Shown one piece after another: positions 46,214 through 55,553 of a stretch of 59,435 nt of DNA. The stretch's first letter is position 1; every line of letters starts with the position of its first letter. This DNA comes from a virus (taxonomy: Duplodnaviria > Caudoviricetes), in the IMG/VR virus record IMGVR_UViG_3300020401_000018, positions 1-59,435 of that record. The stretch is one strand, 5' to 3'. Position numbers and translations under genes: made by a program. Below the pieces are notes generated by a model, which saw only the letters and a program-made list of their open reading frames with translations, made no database searches and had not been told where the DNA came from.

Positions 46214-46646
46214 AAAAGATTTCTTGCCTGCTTACTTTCGTAATGCTAGGTGCATTAGATATATCTCGCCTCTCTATGATTACGAAGATGATTGGGAAGA
46301 TGACGAGGGATATGTTCATGAGGGCGACAGAGTTTGTATCAATGAAGATGAATATACAAACCACACTGCTCTAGCTCGTAAAGTACATGAAGAAAATAAA
46401 CCATTGTATTTTTTCAGACGAACTTTGCCACATGCCAAGTGGAGTCATCAGCATTTATCATCTCTAGTTAAAAGATGTAATCTACCTTTAAAGGTTGCAC
46501 GATTTAATCGTCGAGTTTTGATTATACCTAGCGATCAACATTTAGAAATTACTGAAAGTCTTTTGAATAAAAAGATTAATAAAAAGATTGACAGTAGAAA
46601 AGAAAGAAAGTATAATACAGATATGGAGATTAGTTTTGAGCAATAA
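46191..46646 (+). CDS. Hypothetical protein
   Basis: 151-aa ORF in operon. Confidence 0.65.
   Translation: MKTHTHTKKDFLPAYFRNARCIRYISPLYDYEDDWEDDEGYVHEGDRVCINEDEYTNHTALARKVHEENKPLYFFRRTLPHAKWSHQHLSSLVKRCNLPLKVARFNRRVLIIPSDQHLEITESLLNKKINKKIDSRKERKYNTDMEISFEQ
46588..46616 (+). promoter_or_regulatory. sigma70 consensus promoter
   Basis: Perfect TTGACA-17 nt-TATAAT. Confidence 0.8.
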
Positions 46647-46995
46647 AATCAAAGAGTTAGATAAAGTAAAGGTTGGCTTTGCCGATATTAAAATAGATAG
46701 AGTTACTGCTTCTTTTACTAAGAACAATGCCGATTGTTGGGGGCAGTATCTGTCTCGTGAAAACAGAATTGAAATACAAAAAGAAGTTGACGGAATTGAC
46801 TATGCGAATACATTACTACATGAGATAATGCATGCCATAGTTTATCTGTCTTCGTTAAATGCTGACGGAGGTGCATTGAAAGAAGATGACAACGAGGAAC
46901 AAGTCACCAACACTTTGACGAATTGGTTGATGGGAGTGTTCCGTGATAATCCAAAACTACTTGACATAATTAAAAGAGAGGTGACGAAACTATGA
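46636..46995 (+). CDS. Small zincin metallopeptidase-like protein
   Basis: TLLHEIMHAI plus downstream EE; GGAG SD then TTG. Confidence 0.8.
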   Translation: MSNKIKELDKVKVGFADIKIDRVTASFTKNNADCWGQYLSRENRIEIQKEVDGIDYANTLLHEIMHAIVYLSSLNADGGALKEDDNEEQVTNTLTNWLMGVFRDNPKLLDIIKREVTKL

Positions 46996-47096
46996 CAAAC
47001 GGAGATCCTAATTTATTTGTTATTGCTATCATCATGGGAGTGACCATGTCAGCTTTGTTGTGTATTGATCCTGTGGCTAGGGTAATAGGACTATGA
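46992..47096 (+). CDS. Small membrane peptide (34 aa, not in ORF track)
   Basis: ATGA coupling at both ends; GAGG SD. Confidence 0.5.
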   Translation: MTNGDPNLFVIAIIMGVTMSALLCIDPVARVIGL

Positions 47097-47674
47097 GAGA
47101 ATTTTTACTTCCAGAATCAAGTGGCATGCATGCATGGTATATTGCTGATAGCTTGTGTGATGAGATCATACACTATTTTGAAAAGTCAGAGATGAAAGAA
47201 CGAGGGGTATGTGGTAAGATAGAATATAAACCTGATGTAAAAGATTCCACAGATGTCCCATTAAATCCTAACAGATTTTTATACGAAAGATATACTGAAG
47301 AATTAAATCGTGGCTTGGGTGAGTACATGAATAAATTTAATTTATTACATACCGTTGGTAAGTTTGATGATAGCAGAGAAAATACTTTAATACAAAAGTA
47401 TTATCCTAATCAAGGCTTTCATAAAATGCATTGTGAGCAAAGTCACATACACCCTTGGCGATTAGTTGTTTTCATGACATACTTAAATAATGTACCTAGA
47501 GGCGGCACTAGATTCCGTCATCAGGGTATAGACTTGCCTTGTGAAAAAGGTTTGACAGTGCTTTGGCCTGCTGGATATACACATGCTCATGCAGGTATAA
47601 CCAATTCAAATGGTTCAGCAGGTATTACGGAAACAAAATACATTGTAACAGGCTGGCTATCATATGTCGAATAA
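47093..47674 (+). CDS. 2OG-Fe(II) oxygenase
   Basis: HCE...YLNNV..GGT...THAH...KYIVTGW. Confidence 0.88.
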   Translation: MREFLLPESSGMHAWYIADSLCDEIIHYFEKSEMKERGVCGKIEYKPDVKDSTDVPLNPNRFLYERYTEELNRGLGEYMNKFNLLHTVGKFDDSRENTLIQKYYPNQGFHKMHCEQSHIHPWRLVVFMTYLNNVPRGGTRFRHQGIDLPCEKGLTVLWPAGYTHAHAGITNSNGSAGITETKYIVTGWLSYVE

Positions 47675-48068
47675 TTTTTTTAATCCAAATAATATAGATT
47701 TATTTGTATATGGTACACTTAAAAAAGATTTAAGACTGCACGGCTTAGTCGAGGATCATAAGTTTTTGGGAGAGTTTACGACTGCCCCCAAGTATGATAT
47801 CCTTGACTATGCTAACGGAATATTTCCTATTGTCTTTAGAAAAGATAATGGATTTAAAATAAAGGGAGAACTATACTCAGTACACCCTGCTCAATACGAA
47901 TACATTTACTTGATGGAAAGGGGGGCAGGATATGTACCAGAACCAGTGTTGCTCGAACCTCATGACTTAAAAGCTACTATGTTTATTCATACAGGCGAGC
48001 CTAATGATGAATGGTTATCAGATGAATATGTAAGCATTAAAGATAACATTAAAGAATGGAGAAACTAA
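47664..48068 (+). CDS. Gamma-glutamylcyclotransferase (GGCT/AIG2-like)
   Basis: FVYGTLK...IKGELYSV...MERGAGY. Confidence 0.88.
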   Translation: MSNNFFNPNNIDLFVYGTLKKDLRLHGLVEDHKFLGEFTTAPKYDILDYANGIFPIVFRKDNGFKIKGELYSVHPAQYEYIYLMERGAGYVPEPVLLEPHDLKATMFIHTGEPNDEWLSDEYVSIKDNIKEWRN

Positions 48069-48226
48069 TGCTTGACATGATAGCACAAATTATGATATGG
48101 ACTTCTACGTATGGCATATTCATACTATTAACGATCGGAGCAATCGCAACTATTCCTCACCCTGTATCCATTGGGTGGCTTTGTTGGGCTGCTTTGTTTA
48201 CATTTCACTTAATAAGGAGAAACTAA
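48068..48226 (+). CDS. Small membrane protein (52 aa, not in ORF track)
   Basis: TAATG coupling; two hydrophobic segments. Confidence 0.55.
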   Translation: MLDMIAQIMIWTSTYGIFILLTIGAIATIPHPVSIGWLCWAALFTFHLIRRN

Positions 48227-48228
48227 CC

Positions 48229-48462
48229 ATGAAAAAATATAAGAAAAACTATTCAGATAAAGAGATCTTATTAGATCAAGCTTTGGACGAATTAGAATTG
48301 ACAGGCACACTAGATGATATATATCATGATGTATCTGGCAATAATACATTAGATGATTTAGATGATTATGAATATCAACAGGAGCAAGCATATGGCATAC
48401 AATCCAAGAACCTACAATTTATACCGACAGACAGATATATCAAACGCACTAGAAAAGGCTGA
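48229..48462 (+). CDS. Hypothetical protein with acidic core
   Basis: AAGGAG SD before ATG 48229. Confidence 0.65.
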   Translation: MKKYKKNYSDKEILLDQALDELELTGTLDDIYHDVSGNNTLDDLDDYEYQQEQAYGIQSKNLQFIPTDRYIKRTRKG

Positions 48463-48709
48463 GAGATATCTAGCAGAGAACGAATCTTCGGTTGTCATAA
48501 AAAGTGACAAGCCTTTTAGTTTGGCCATGCGGTTTGGTAGATACATAAAAGCATTCAAAGAACAGATGAAGAATGTGGAAGATGTAGACGAACGCAAGTA
48601 TGATACACTTATGATAACCCATGATGATGACCAAGTAAAAATTACACATGCATTAGAAGTTGACCAATTAGAATTGTTTGACGAAGCAACTGGAGGTAAA
48701 ATTGAATGA
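48392..48709 (+). CDS. Hypothetical protein
   Basis: GGAG SD; MAYNPRTY. Confidence 0.7.
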   Translation: MAYNPRTYNLYRQTDISNALEKAERYLAENESSVVIKSDKPFSLAMRFGRYIKAFKEQMKNVEDVDERKYDTLMITHDDDQVKITHALEVDQLELFDEATGGKIE

Positions 48710-48903
48710 ACACAAAAACAGAATACTACTTGACGAGCGATCGTAATCGTAATATAATCGTAACTACAACTAATTTAGATGAGCTACGTGTGGTTAGAGA
48801 TAAATTAAATAGGCTAGACAAAGATTACTTAAAGAAATCTAAAAGGTCTTTACATGCTGTAAACTTTAAAATTGAAAGGACAAGTGATGACAAAGAAAAC
48901 TAA
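48706..48903 (+). CDS. Hypothetical protein
   Basis: GGAGG SD; coupled. Confidence 0.7.
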   Translation: MNTKTEYYLTSDRNRNIIVTTTNLDELRVVRDKLNRLDKDYLKKSKRSLHAVNFKIERTSDDKEN

Positions 48904-49222
48904 AAAGCGAAGTGATATGGCCATGTATGTAGATGAGGTAGACCAATGTATAAAAGCATTTGATGTTCCTGTCAGGGAAATGTGTGAAAAGTTTCCGCCG
49001 AATGTGGTCATGGCTTCCATGCTAGAGGTATCACTACGAATGTTTTTACTAGCGACAGGATCAGCAGGTGTATTAAAGATATTCTCTGGTTGCGTTAGTA
49101 ATGTATCCACCATGGGTCCGTTGGTAGATGCCATGTTAGCCTCTGGACAAACAACAGATCCTTTAAACTTTAAAGAATTTGCTAACTTAAATATAGTCCC
49201 AGAAGATGAGACATTACATTAG
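48887..49222 (+). CDS. Hypothetical protein
   Basis: AAGGA SD. Confidence 0.7.
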   Translation: MTKKTKKRSDMAMYVDEVDQCIKAFDVPVREMCEKFPPNVVMASMLEVSLRMFLLATGSAGVLKIFSGCVSNVSTMGPLVDAMLASGQTTDPLNFKEFANLNIVPEDETLH

Positions 49223-49230
49223 GAGATAAC

Positions 49231-49449
49231 ATGAAAAGAAAATATAAAGTTGTATTTACACACATGAACACCACGCATTGGGAAGTCGAAGCATACGATA
49301 AAGATGAGGCGACACGCAAGGGTTTAGAATTATCTGAAAAATTTAAGTGGTCACATTCAGCCATGCAATATCTACACCCAGATAAAACCAAACAACTTAT
49401 AACTGTGCCAGACATACAACTACTGGCAGTAGAGGAGCAAGTAGAATGA
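49231..49449 (+). CDS. Hypothetical protein
   Basis: AGGAG SD. Confidence 0.7.
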   Translation: MKRKYKVVFTHMNTTHWEVEAYDKDEATRKGLELSEKFKWSHSAMQYLHPDKTKQLITVPDIQLLAVEEQVE

Positions 49450-49676
49450 GTGAAGAAGAACGCATTGAAATACCCAGTGAATACTTGGAGATGGATCCCA
49501 AGGAGTTAGCTGAGAGCGAGGTAGGTATTCAGAAGGTAATTGAATATCTTCGTGGCACTAGGGAAAACATAAGGGCGGCCGAGAAAGCAGGTAAAAGAAT
49601 TACTGCTAAAGCTGCAACCACTAAACCAAAACAGTTTGAGGGAGATCCGCTGGCTGTTTTACTAAAGGATACGTGA
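49446..49676 (+). CDS. Hypothetical protein
   Basis: GAGGAG SD; coupled. Confidence 0.75.
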   Translation: MSEEERIEIPSEYLEMDPKELAESEVGIQKVIEYLRGTRENIRAAEKAGKRITAKAATTKPKQFEGDPLAVLLKDT

Positions 49677-49677
49677 T

Positions 49678-49824
49678 ATGGCAAAGAAATGGAAATCATA
49701 TTCTGCTCACGAAGCAGGACCAAAGAAAAGAACAAGTATAGGTAATAGTATACGAAGTAAGCCAAAGAATAAACATAAGCGACGTAGTTATAAAAAATAT
49801 AAAGGGCAAGGAAAACGAAGATGA
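49678..49824 (+). CDS. Small basic protein (48 aa, not in ORF track)
   Basis: KRTSIG...KKYKGQG; AAGGA SD. Confidence 0.65.
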   Translation: MAKKWKSYSAHEAGPKKRTSIGNSIRSKPKNKHKRRSYKKYKGQGKRR

Positions 49825-50399
49825 CACAAAAAGAAATACAAGAAGGAATTACAGAGACAGTAGGAACATTCCACCCATTTGTTCCTAATTATGGATACCA
49901 CCAATGGAAACTAAAAGGTGAAAGGGATAAATATCTAGCTGACTATTTAATGCTAAGACACAATCAAGGTAGGTTTATTTCCAATGATTATTCAACACCG
50001 CTGAGTGAGGACTTGCGAATAGATGCTGAACACCCTGATGTGTCGTCAGCCGTAGAAGAAATAATGTCACATATAAAAACTGTTAATCCTAAATTAAAAC
50101 TAATGACTAATCAGTTTGGGCAACCAGAGATATGGGGTCAAGTAAATATGAAAGGCGGATCAACTGCCATGCATAAGCATGACGATTGTTTTGCGTTTGT
50201 GTATTATGTTAATGCCCCCGTTGATGGAGGTATGCTTAAGTTTTACATTAACTATGATACAATGTCTCATGTTTGTACTACAGAGCCTGTATCTAAATGT
50301 TTATTGTTTTTCCCTGGTTGGGTTCCGCATTTTACTATGCGAAATCAATCTGACTCACCAAGGATAGTTCTTTCTGGTAACGTAATATTTGGAGATTAA
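49821..50399 (+). CDS. Putative 2OG-Fe(II) oxygenase (HxH type)
   Basis: WGQVN...HKH...VYYV...FPGWVPH...RIVLSGN. Confidence 0.85.
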   Translation: MTQKEIQEGITETVGTFHPFVPNYGYHQWKLKGERDKYLADYLMLRHNQGRFISNDYSTPLSEDLRIDAEHPDVSSAVEEIMSHIKTVNPKLKLMTNQFGQPEIWGQVNMKGGSTAMHKHDDCFAFVYYVNAPVDGGMLKFYINYDTMSHVCTTEPVSKCLLFFPGWVPHFTMRNQSDSPRIVLSGNVIFGD

Positions 50400-50400
50400 A

Positions 50401-51087
50401 ATGACTCAACAATCAAAGCAACTGTTCTGGAAATTTTCTAATGCTTTCACTAAAGAGTTGAGAGATCTTGTGATTAAAGATTTAGACAATGATAATCTTA
50501 GATCAGCAGAAACTTATCAAAGAGATTTGCAACAGGACGTACATAAACATGGCGTAGAAAAGAACATACGAGATGCGAGCACTACAACTTTAGATAACAA
50601 AGATATAAATGATCATATATCTAACATGATGACTATTGCAAATAAACGAGCAGGCTGGGATTTTGATATTGCTGTGAATGAGAAGATGCAATTTATAAAA
50701 TATAAACCAGGAGGACATTTCCGTCCTCATACTGATACAAGTTTTCAGGGACCAAGTGCAACATTTCAATGGAAAGATGATGCACCCAATGAAGGATTTA
50801 AGGTTATACAAATAGCAGATGCATATTTGTTAGGCAATGTAAGAAAGATTAGTTCTACACTTCTGTTAAATGATAATTTTTCTGGAGGTGGTATGTCTCT
50901 TTATTACATAGCCGTGCAGGATAAAGAAAGTTCAAACTGGACCTTGGGCATTGAAGAAGTTCCTTTAGATTTAAAAGCTGGTGATTTAATTTTCTTTCCG
51001 TCTGGAGTATGGCATGGTATAAAGCCTGTAACAAATGGGACACGATATTCTTTAGTAACTTGGTTCGGAGGGCCACCAATAAAATGA
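50401..51087 (+). CDS. 2OG-Fe(II) oxygenase (prolyl-hydroxylase/PKHD-like)
   Basis: HTD...RKIS...FPS...HGIKPVTNGTRYSLVTW. Confidence 0.9.
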   Translation: MTQQSKQLFWKFSNAFTKELRDLVIKDLDNDNLRSAETYQRDLQQDVHKHGVEKNIRDASTTTLDNKDINDHISNMMTIANKRAGWDFDIAVNEKMQFIKYKPGGHFRPHTDTSFQGPSATFQWKDDAPNEGFKVIQIADAYLLGNVRKISSTLLLNDNFSGGGMSLYYIAVQDKESSNWTLGIEEVPLDLKAGDLIFFPSGVWHGIKPVTNGTRYSLVTWFGGPPIK

Positions 51088-52070
51088 TGGATGATGGTAT
51101 TGGATATATAGAAGCACCTAAGTTTCCAAAGTATGTATGGTTGGAAGGAGGCAATGCTAAACAAATGGTATGGGACACGTCTAGCCTTTCAGCATTTAGT
51201 TCGTGCCCCCGTTACTATAACTATCAAAATATTTTAGGCTATAAATCTAAAGTATATAGTACCGCAACTGGTTTTGGATCAGCTGTTCATGATGGTTATG
51301 AGCAACTAGACTATGGTCGCTTTATGGGTAGGTCTAAAGATCAATGTGTGGCTGATGCGATTAAGTTAGTTCTTGTTGAACACGGCGAAGACTTGAGTAA
51401 GTCTGATGATAAGGCAAGAAATTTAGAAGCGGCCTTACGTGCTATTGTCTGGAGGGCTGAGGAATATTGGGAAGATACAATAAAGATTGCCACTATGCCT
51501 GATGGAACCCCTGCTTTAGAGCAAAGATTTGAAGTACCTATAAATGAAGATGGTGTTAGATTTTCAGGACGTATCGATAAGGTAGCAGAGTTAAATGACG
51601 AATTGTATTTAGTTGACACTAAGACTACTAAAGCAAGTTTAACTGATTATTATTTCAATCAGTTTGCACCTAACAATCAAATATATGCGTACCTTTGGGC
51701 GGCTAGACATATATTAAAATTGCCTATTGCAGGCTTTATTATTGACGCAGTACAAACTGGTGTAAATTTTTGCAGATTTAATCGTGCAGTATTCAAAGTA
51801 CCGTCTGCCATTATTGACGAATGGTATGGTGATGCAATACATAAATTATCTATGGCAAAAATATATGCTGATAAAAATTATTATCCTGCGGACTTTACTG
51901 CTTGTGGAAACTATGGAGGGTGTAAGTATAGAGAGATTTGTAATGAGACACCAGAGCACAGAGGAAGAGTTATTGAAGAGTTGTTTGATAGAGAAATTCA
52001 TGAGGACTTACGCAAAGATAATGTTGTTGAGTTACCTCAAGAAATGGAAATAGAGTTTATACCTGAATAA
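51084..52070 (+). CDS. PD-(D/E)XK exonuclease (RecB/AddB/Cas4-like, probable Fe-S)
   Basis: GRID...VDTKT...QIYAY; N-terminal CP plus three C-terminal Cys. Confidence 0.88.
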   Translation: MMDDGIGYIEAPKFPKYVWLEGGNAKQMVWDTSSLSAFSSCPRYYNYQNILGYKSKVYSTATGFGSAVHDGYEQLDYGRFMGRSKDQCVADAIKLVLVEHGEDLSKSDDKARNLEAALRAIVWRAEEYWEDTIKIATMPDGTPALEQRFEVPINEDGVRFSGRIDKVAELNDELYLVDTKTTKASLTDYYFNQFAPNNQIYAYLWAARHILKLPIAGFIIDAVQTGVNFCRFNRAVFKVPSAIIDEWYGDAIHKLSMAKIYADKNYYPADFTACGNYGGCKYREICNETPEHRGRVIEELFDREIHEDLRKDNVVELPQEMEIEFIPE

Positions 52071-52075
52071 AGTTA

Positions 52076-52103
52076 TTGACTTTTATTTTTATTACTATAT
52101 AAT
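52076..52103 (+). promoter_or_regulatory. sigma70-type promoter for replication genes
   Basis: TTGACT-16 nt-TATAAT. Confidence 0.7.
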
Positions 52104-52115
52104 ACGGATTAAAAG

Positions 52116-52670
52116 ATGAGTATTAATATTATAGACGATTTTATATCTGGTGTGGATCAGACTAGATTGGAACAAGCCATCTTAACAGATGAGTCTATTC
52201 CTTGGAACTACAGGGCTAGTCCTAATCACAATCTAGATTCAACTAACAATGGAGATTTTGTTCATAGGGTTTTTGCTTTTGATATTTCTAATTCGTTTTA
52301 TCATATCAATCCTTATATGTTAGATGTTATGAGTCCTTTGATGGTTCGCCTTGGATCGGATTACTTGAGACAAATCAAGATTAATATATATCCAAGATCA
52401 GATACTTTAATGGAACATGCTCCGCATGTAGATAAACTTGATTTTCAGAATAATAATACGTTGCCGTGGCAAGGAGAACAGGAGTACAGCTTGATATATT
52501 ATGTAAATAACAATGATGGATACACTAAATTTTATCCTGATAATGAAGACCCAGTTGCTGTAGAAAGTAAGAGGGGCAGAATAGTTTATACAGATGTTCC
52601 AACTGTACACAATAGCACTACTTGCACTAATGCAAATGTAAGATGTACAATTAATTTTAACTTTAGATAG
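52116..52670 (+). CDS. 2OG-Fe(II) oxygenase
   Basis: PHVD...YYVNNNDGYT...HNSTT...RCTINFN. Confidence 0.85.
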   Translation: MSINIIDDFISGVDQTRLEQAILTDESIPWNYRASPNHNLDSTNNGDFVHRVFAFDISNSFYHINPYMLDVMSPLMVRLGSDYLRQIKINIYPRSDTLMEHAPHVDKLDFQNNNTLPWQGEQEYSLIYYVNNNDGYTKFYPDNEDPVAVESKRGRIVYTDVPTVHNSTTCTNANVRCTINFNFR

Positions 52671-52678
52671 GAGAGAGA

Positions 52679-53464
52679 ATGGCAAACATATCAAAACATA
52701 TATCAGCAGACGTAACCAAATTATTATTGGTAGGCGACAGTGGTTCTGGAAAGACAGCAGCACTAGCTGCACTAGCTAATGCAGGTAAAAATTTACGTAT
52801 ATTAGATTATGATGATGGTCTAGATATACTGCCAGACCTGCTTACACCAGAGGGGGTTAAACGAGTTTCATATGTAACCTTAAAAGATTCTATAGGAAAA
52901 GCTGATGCCTTTAGAAAAGGGGTTAACTTAATTTCGAATTGGAAAGATGGAGATGAAGATTTTGGATCAGTAAAAACTTGGACTAAAGATGACGTGCTAG
53001 TTATTGATAGTCTTACACTGATGGGAGAGGCGGCACTCAGAGGGGCACTTGTATTTAATAACAAGAAACCCACTGAGCAACCAACTCAACCAGAGTGGGG
53101 AACTGCCGCACGAGATGTGCAGTATATTATCCAGTATATAACTGGTTCAGAAGTTCCGTGTAATGTTGTGGTTACAACCCACATGCAATATATGGAAGGC
53201 GATTTGGGTATTAGCAAATCATACCCAACTAGTGTTGGCTCAAAGCTATCTACAAAATTGGGTCGATACTTTAACTGTGTTTGTAGAGTGGACACTAAGA
53301 GTTCTAGCAAAGGCACAGAGAGAACACTGCGGACTGTATCGGATCACAAGATGGATCTAAAAGTACCGACTCTAAATGCTATAGAGCCGAATGCTGAGTT
53401 GGATTTAGTTAAGTTATTCGATGCAATCCAAAGTAACTCAAAGAAGAAGTTGTCAATTAAATAG
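52679..53464 (+). CDS. RecA-fold ATPase (Sak4-like recombinase)
   Basis: GDSGSGKT; LVIDSLT; adjacent to exonuclease and SSB. Confidence 0.8.
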   Translation: MANISKHISADVTKLLLVGDSGSGKTAALAALANAGKNLRILDYDDGLDILPDLLTPEGVKRVSYVTLKDSIGKADAFRKGVNLISNWKDGDEDFGSVKTWTKDDVLVIDSLTLMGEAALRGALVFNNKKPTEQPTQPEWGTAARDVQYIIQYITGSEVPCNVVVTTHMQYMEGDLGISKSYPTSVGSKLSTKLGRYFNCVCRVDTKSSSKGTERTLRTVSDHKMDLKVPTLNAIEPNAELDLVKLFDAIQSNSKKKLSIK

Positions 53465-53477
53465 GGAGGTATATACC

Positions 53478-53918
53478 ATGACACAAGATGTAAGTGACTT
53501 CTTAAGTATGTCACCAACAGAGATACCACAATCTGTGGTTTTACCAGAAGGTAGTTATGATTTTACGATCACAAGCTATCGTTCTGATCGAGTGGGGGAG
53601 AATCAAACACCACTTGTAAAGGTGAATGTGAAGGCAACAGGTGTGATTCAGTCAGACTTAGATGAATCAGATCTGTCCAACGCAGAACCAACTCGCATGG
53701 AGTTCTGGGCAACGCCCAATGCTATGAAGCAAAAGAACCCTGCGCTTTCGCTTAAGAGTTTCCTAACAGATACTCTAAGCATGGATGAAGATCAGTCTTT
53801 TGGCGAACTATTAGAGCAAGCTATTGGCCAGAATTTTTCTGGTGTAGTCAAGCACGAAATGGTTGGCAAGAATAAAGACATACTGCAAGCTTCTGTTAAA
53901 CGAATTATTAACAAGTAA
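53478..53918 (+). CDS. Putative single-stranded DNA-binding protein
   Basis: LPEGSYDFTI OB-fold-like start; follows Sak4-like gene. Confidence 0.65.
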   Translation: MTQDVSDFLSMSPTEIPQSVVLPEGSYDFTITSYRSDRVGENQTPLVKVNVKATGVIQSDLDESDLSNAEPTRMEFWATPNAMKQKNPALSLKSFLTDTLSMDEDQSFGELLEQAIGQNFSGVVKHEMVGKNKDILQASVKRIINK

Positions 53919-53920
53919 GT

Positions 53921-55003
53921 TTGCAAGTGAGTGAGTTTGCGGTACATAATCGAATCAAGTCTCAGCTTCCTGAGTCTGGGAATCCGTTTGCCATAATTAT
54001 GGATTGTCCTACGACGACAGAAGTTAGGCTTGGTAAGATCAATGTAGGATCTATTCAAACTGTATTAGATCCGATGTTTAAATTTGCTGGCATTGATGTC
54101 AGTAGCGCAATGCTCACTCACGCAATCCAATTAAAACCTGCACAAGATAATTTACAAAGCTTCTTTTACAAGAGAAGCGAATATAAAAATGTTAAAAAAG
54201 AAACAGAGTGGAGATCTACTTTTGCTCCCACTCAGTACGGATATTTAAAACCAGAGTACGAGCAAGATATTAAAAGACTCTGGGAAGAGATAGATAAGTT
54301 TAATCCAAAAGTTATTATAGCTATGGGAGGTGTAGCTCTATGGGCATTGTGTGGTCTAGATAAAGTCGGATCATATAGAGGATCGTTTATTGAAACTTCA
54401 AATAAAAAATATAAAGTTATGCCTACATACAGTCCAGTTGCAGTTCTAAAAAATTATTCTTTTAGGCCAACAGTTTTATCTGATTTAAAAAAAGCTACAA
54501 ATATAAAAAAGATAGATTACATAGAGCGAGAGATATGTATCGAGCCTACGTATGAAGAGGTAAAACAATTCCTATCTTATTGTGAAAGTATGAACACATC
54601 TTACAGTCCGCTTTCATTCGATATTGAAACTGCCAATGATGAGATAACTTGTATAGGCTTTGCTCCACACAAAGCTAAAGCTATGGTTGTTCCATTTAAA
54701 AAAGAAGATGGAAAAGATTTTTATGATTACCACACTGAACTAGCAGTTTGGAAATTAGTTGGAGATATACTAAGCAACCCTGATATTACCAAGGTTGCAC
54801 AGAATCAAACCTATGACGTGTCATGGTTGCGACACATGTACGGCATAGAAGTTCGGGGTACAGTGCATGATACCATGCATGCACAACATGTATTACAACC
54901 CGAACTAGAAAAGAGTTTAGGTTATTTAGGATCTATTTATACGAACGAGGGAGCATGGAAGAATCTAACAAATTTTTCAAAGAGTACGAAAGCAGAGGCA
55001 TAA
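53921..55003 (+). CDS. DNA polymerase N-terminal subunit: UDG-like domain plus partial 3'-5' exonuclease (ExoI, ExoII)
   Basis: PKVIIAMGGVA...PTYSP; SFDIET; QNQTYD; HDTM; start uncertain. Confidence 0.85.
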   Translation: MQVSEFAVHNRIKSQLPESGNPFAIIMDCPTTTEVRLGKINVGSIQTVLDPMFKFAGIDVSSAMLTHAIQLKPAQDNLQSFFYKRSEYKNVKKETEWRSTFAPTQYGYLKPEYEQDIKRLWEEIDKFNPKVIIAMGGVALWALCGLDKVGSYRGSFIETSNKKYKVMPTYSPVAVLKNYSFRPTVLSDLKKATNIKKIDYIEREICIEPTYEEVKQFLSYCESMNTSYSPLSFDIETANDEITCIGFAPHKAKAMVVPFKKEDGKDFYDYHTELAVWKLVGDILSNPDITKVAQNQTYDVSWLRHMYGIEVRGTVHDTMHAQHVLQPELEKSLGYLGSIYTNEGAWKNLTNFSKSTKAEA

Positions 55004-55291
55004 ATGAAACGTCCCCAGTATTTTGCGGCAAAGCCTTTGCAGGACACAGATATAACTGTACACAACGAAATTGAATTATGGAGAGCAGTGTTGGATCAAG
55101 CTTTGCAAGACGTAAGTTACATGGGATTAGATAAAGAGTTTATAAAATATAAAAAAGAAACAGAGGAGTGGTTAATAAATGATCATGAAGATTTTAATGC
55201 AGTGTGTGATTATGCATACCTCGACTCAGATAAAACAAGAGATGAATTTTATTATATAATGGGAGTAGCAAATGATAGACGAAGAAAATAA
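55004..55291 (+). CDS. Hypothetical protein
   Basis: LWRAVLDQALQD...W...DFNAVCDYA. Confidence 0.75.
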   Translation: MKRPQYFAAKPLQDTDITVHNEIELWRAVLDQALQDVSYMGLDKEFIKYKKETEEWLINDHEDFNAVCDYAYLDSDKTRDEFYYIMGVANDRRRK

Positions 55292-55553
55292 TGATCCAGT
55301 AAACTTTCCTTCACATTATAAACAAGGTGGAGTAGAGTGTATTGATGCTATCAAGTCTTGCTTAGGCAATGAGTTTTCATCTTACTTGCAAGGCAATGCT
55401 ATGAAATATTTATGGAGATACGAACACAAAGGTAAACCAATTCAAGATTTAGAAAAAGCTAAATGGTTTATTGAAAAGTTAATTACCTTTGTACAGGAGA
55501 AACAAAATGCAAATAATAAAAAACACAGAGATCTCACAGAAATCACTATCTAA
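55272..55553 (+). CDS. DUF3310 (SaV/T7 gp1.7-like) protein
   Basis: VNFPSHY...ECID...GNAMKYLWR..HKG...DLEKAKW. Confidence 0.88.
   Translation: MIDEENNDPVNFPSHYKQGGVECIDAIKSCLGNEFSSYLQGNAMKYLWRYEHKGKPIQDLEKAKWFIEKLITFVQEKQNANNKKHRDLTEITI

Noticed and set aside
48072-48096. Promoter at TTGACA 48072
   Set aside because: Spacing to TATGAT is 13 nt and it lies within a small ORF.
55004-55506. Intron or split intein interrupting polA
   Set aside because: Filled by two normal ORFs with no homing-endonuclease or intein terminal motifs; the second half has its own SD.
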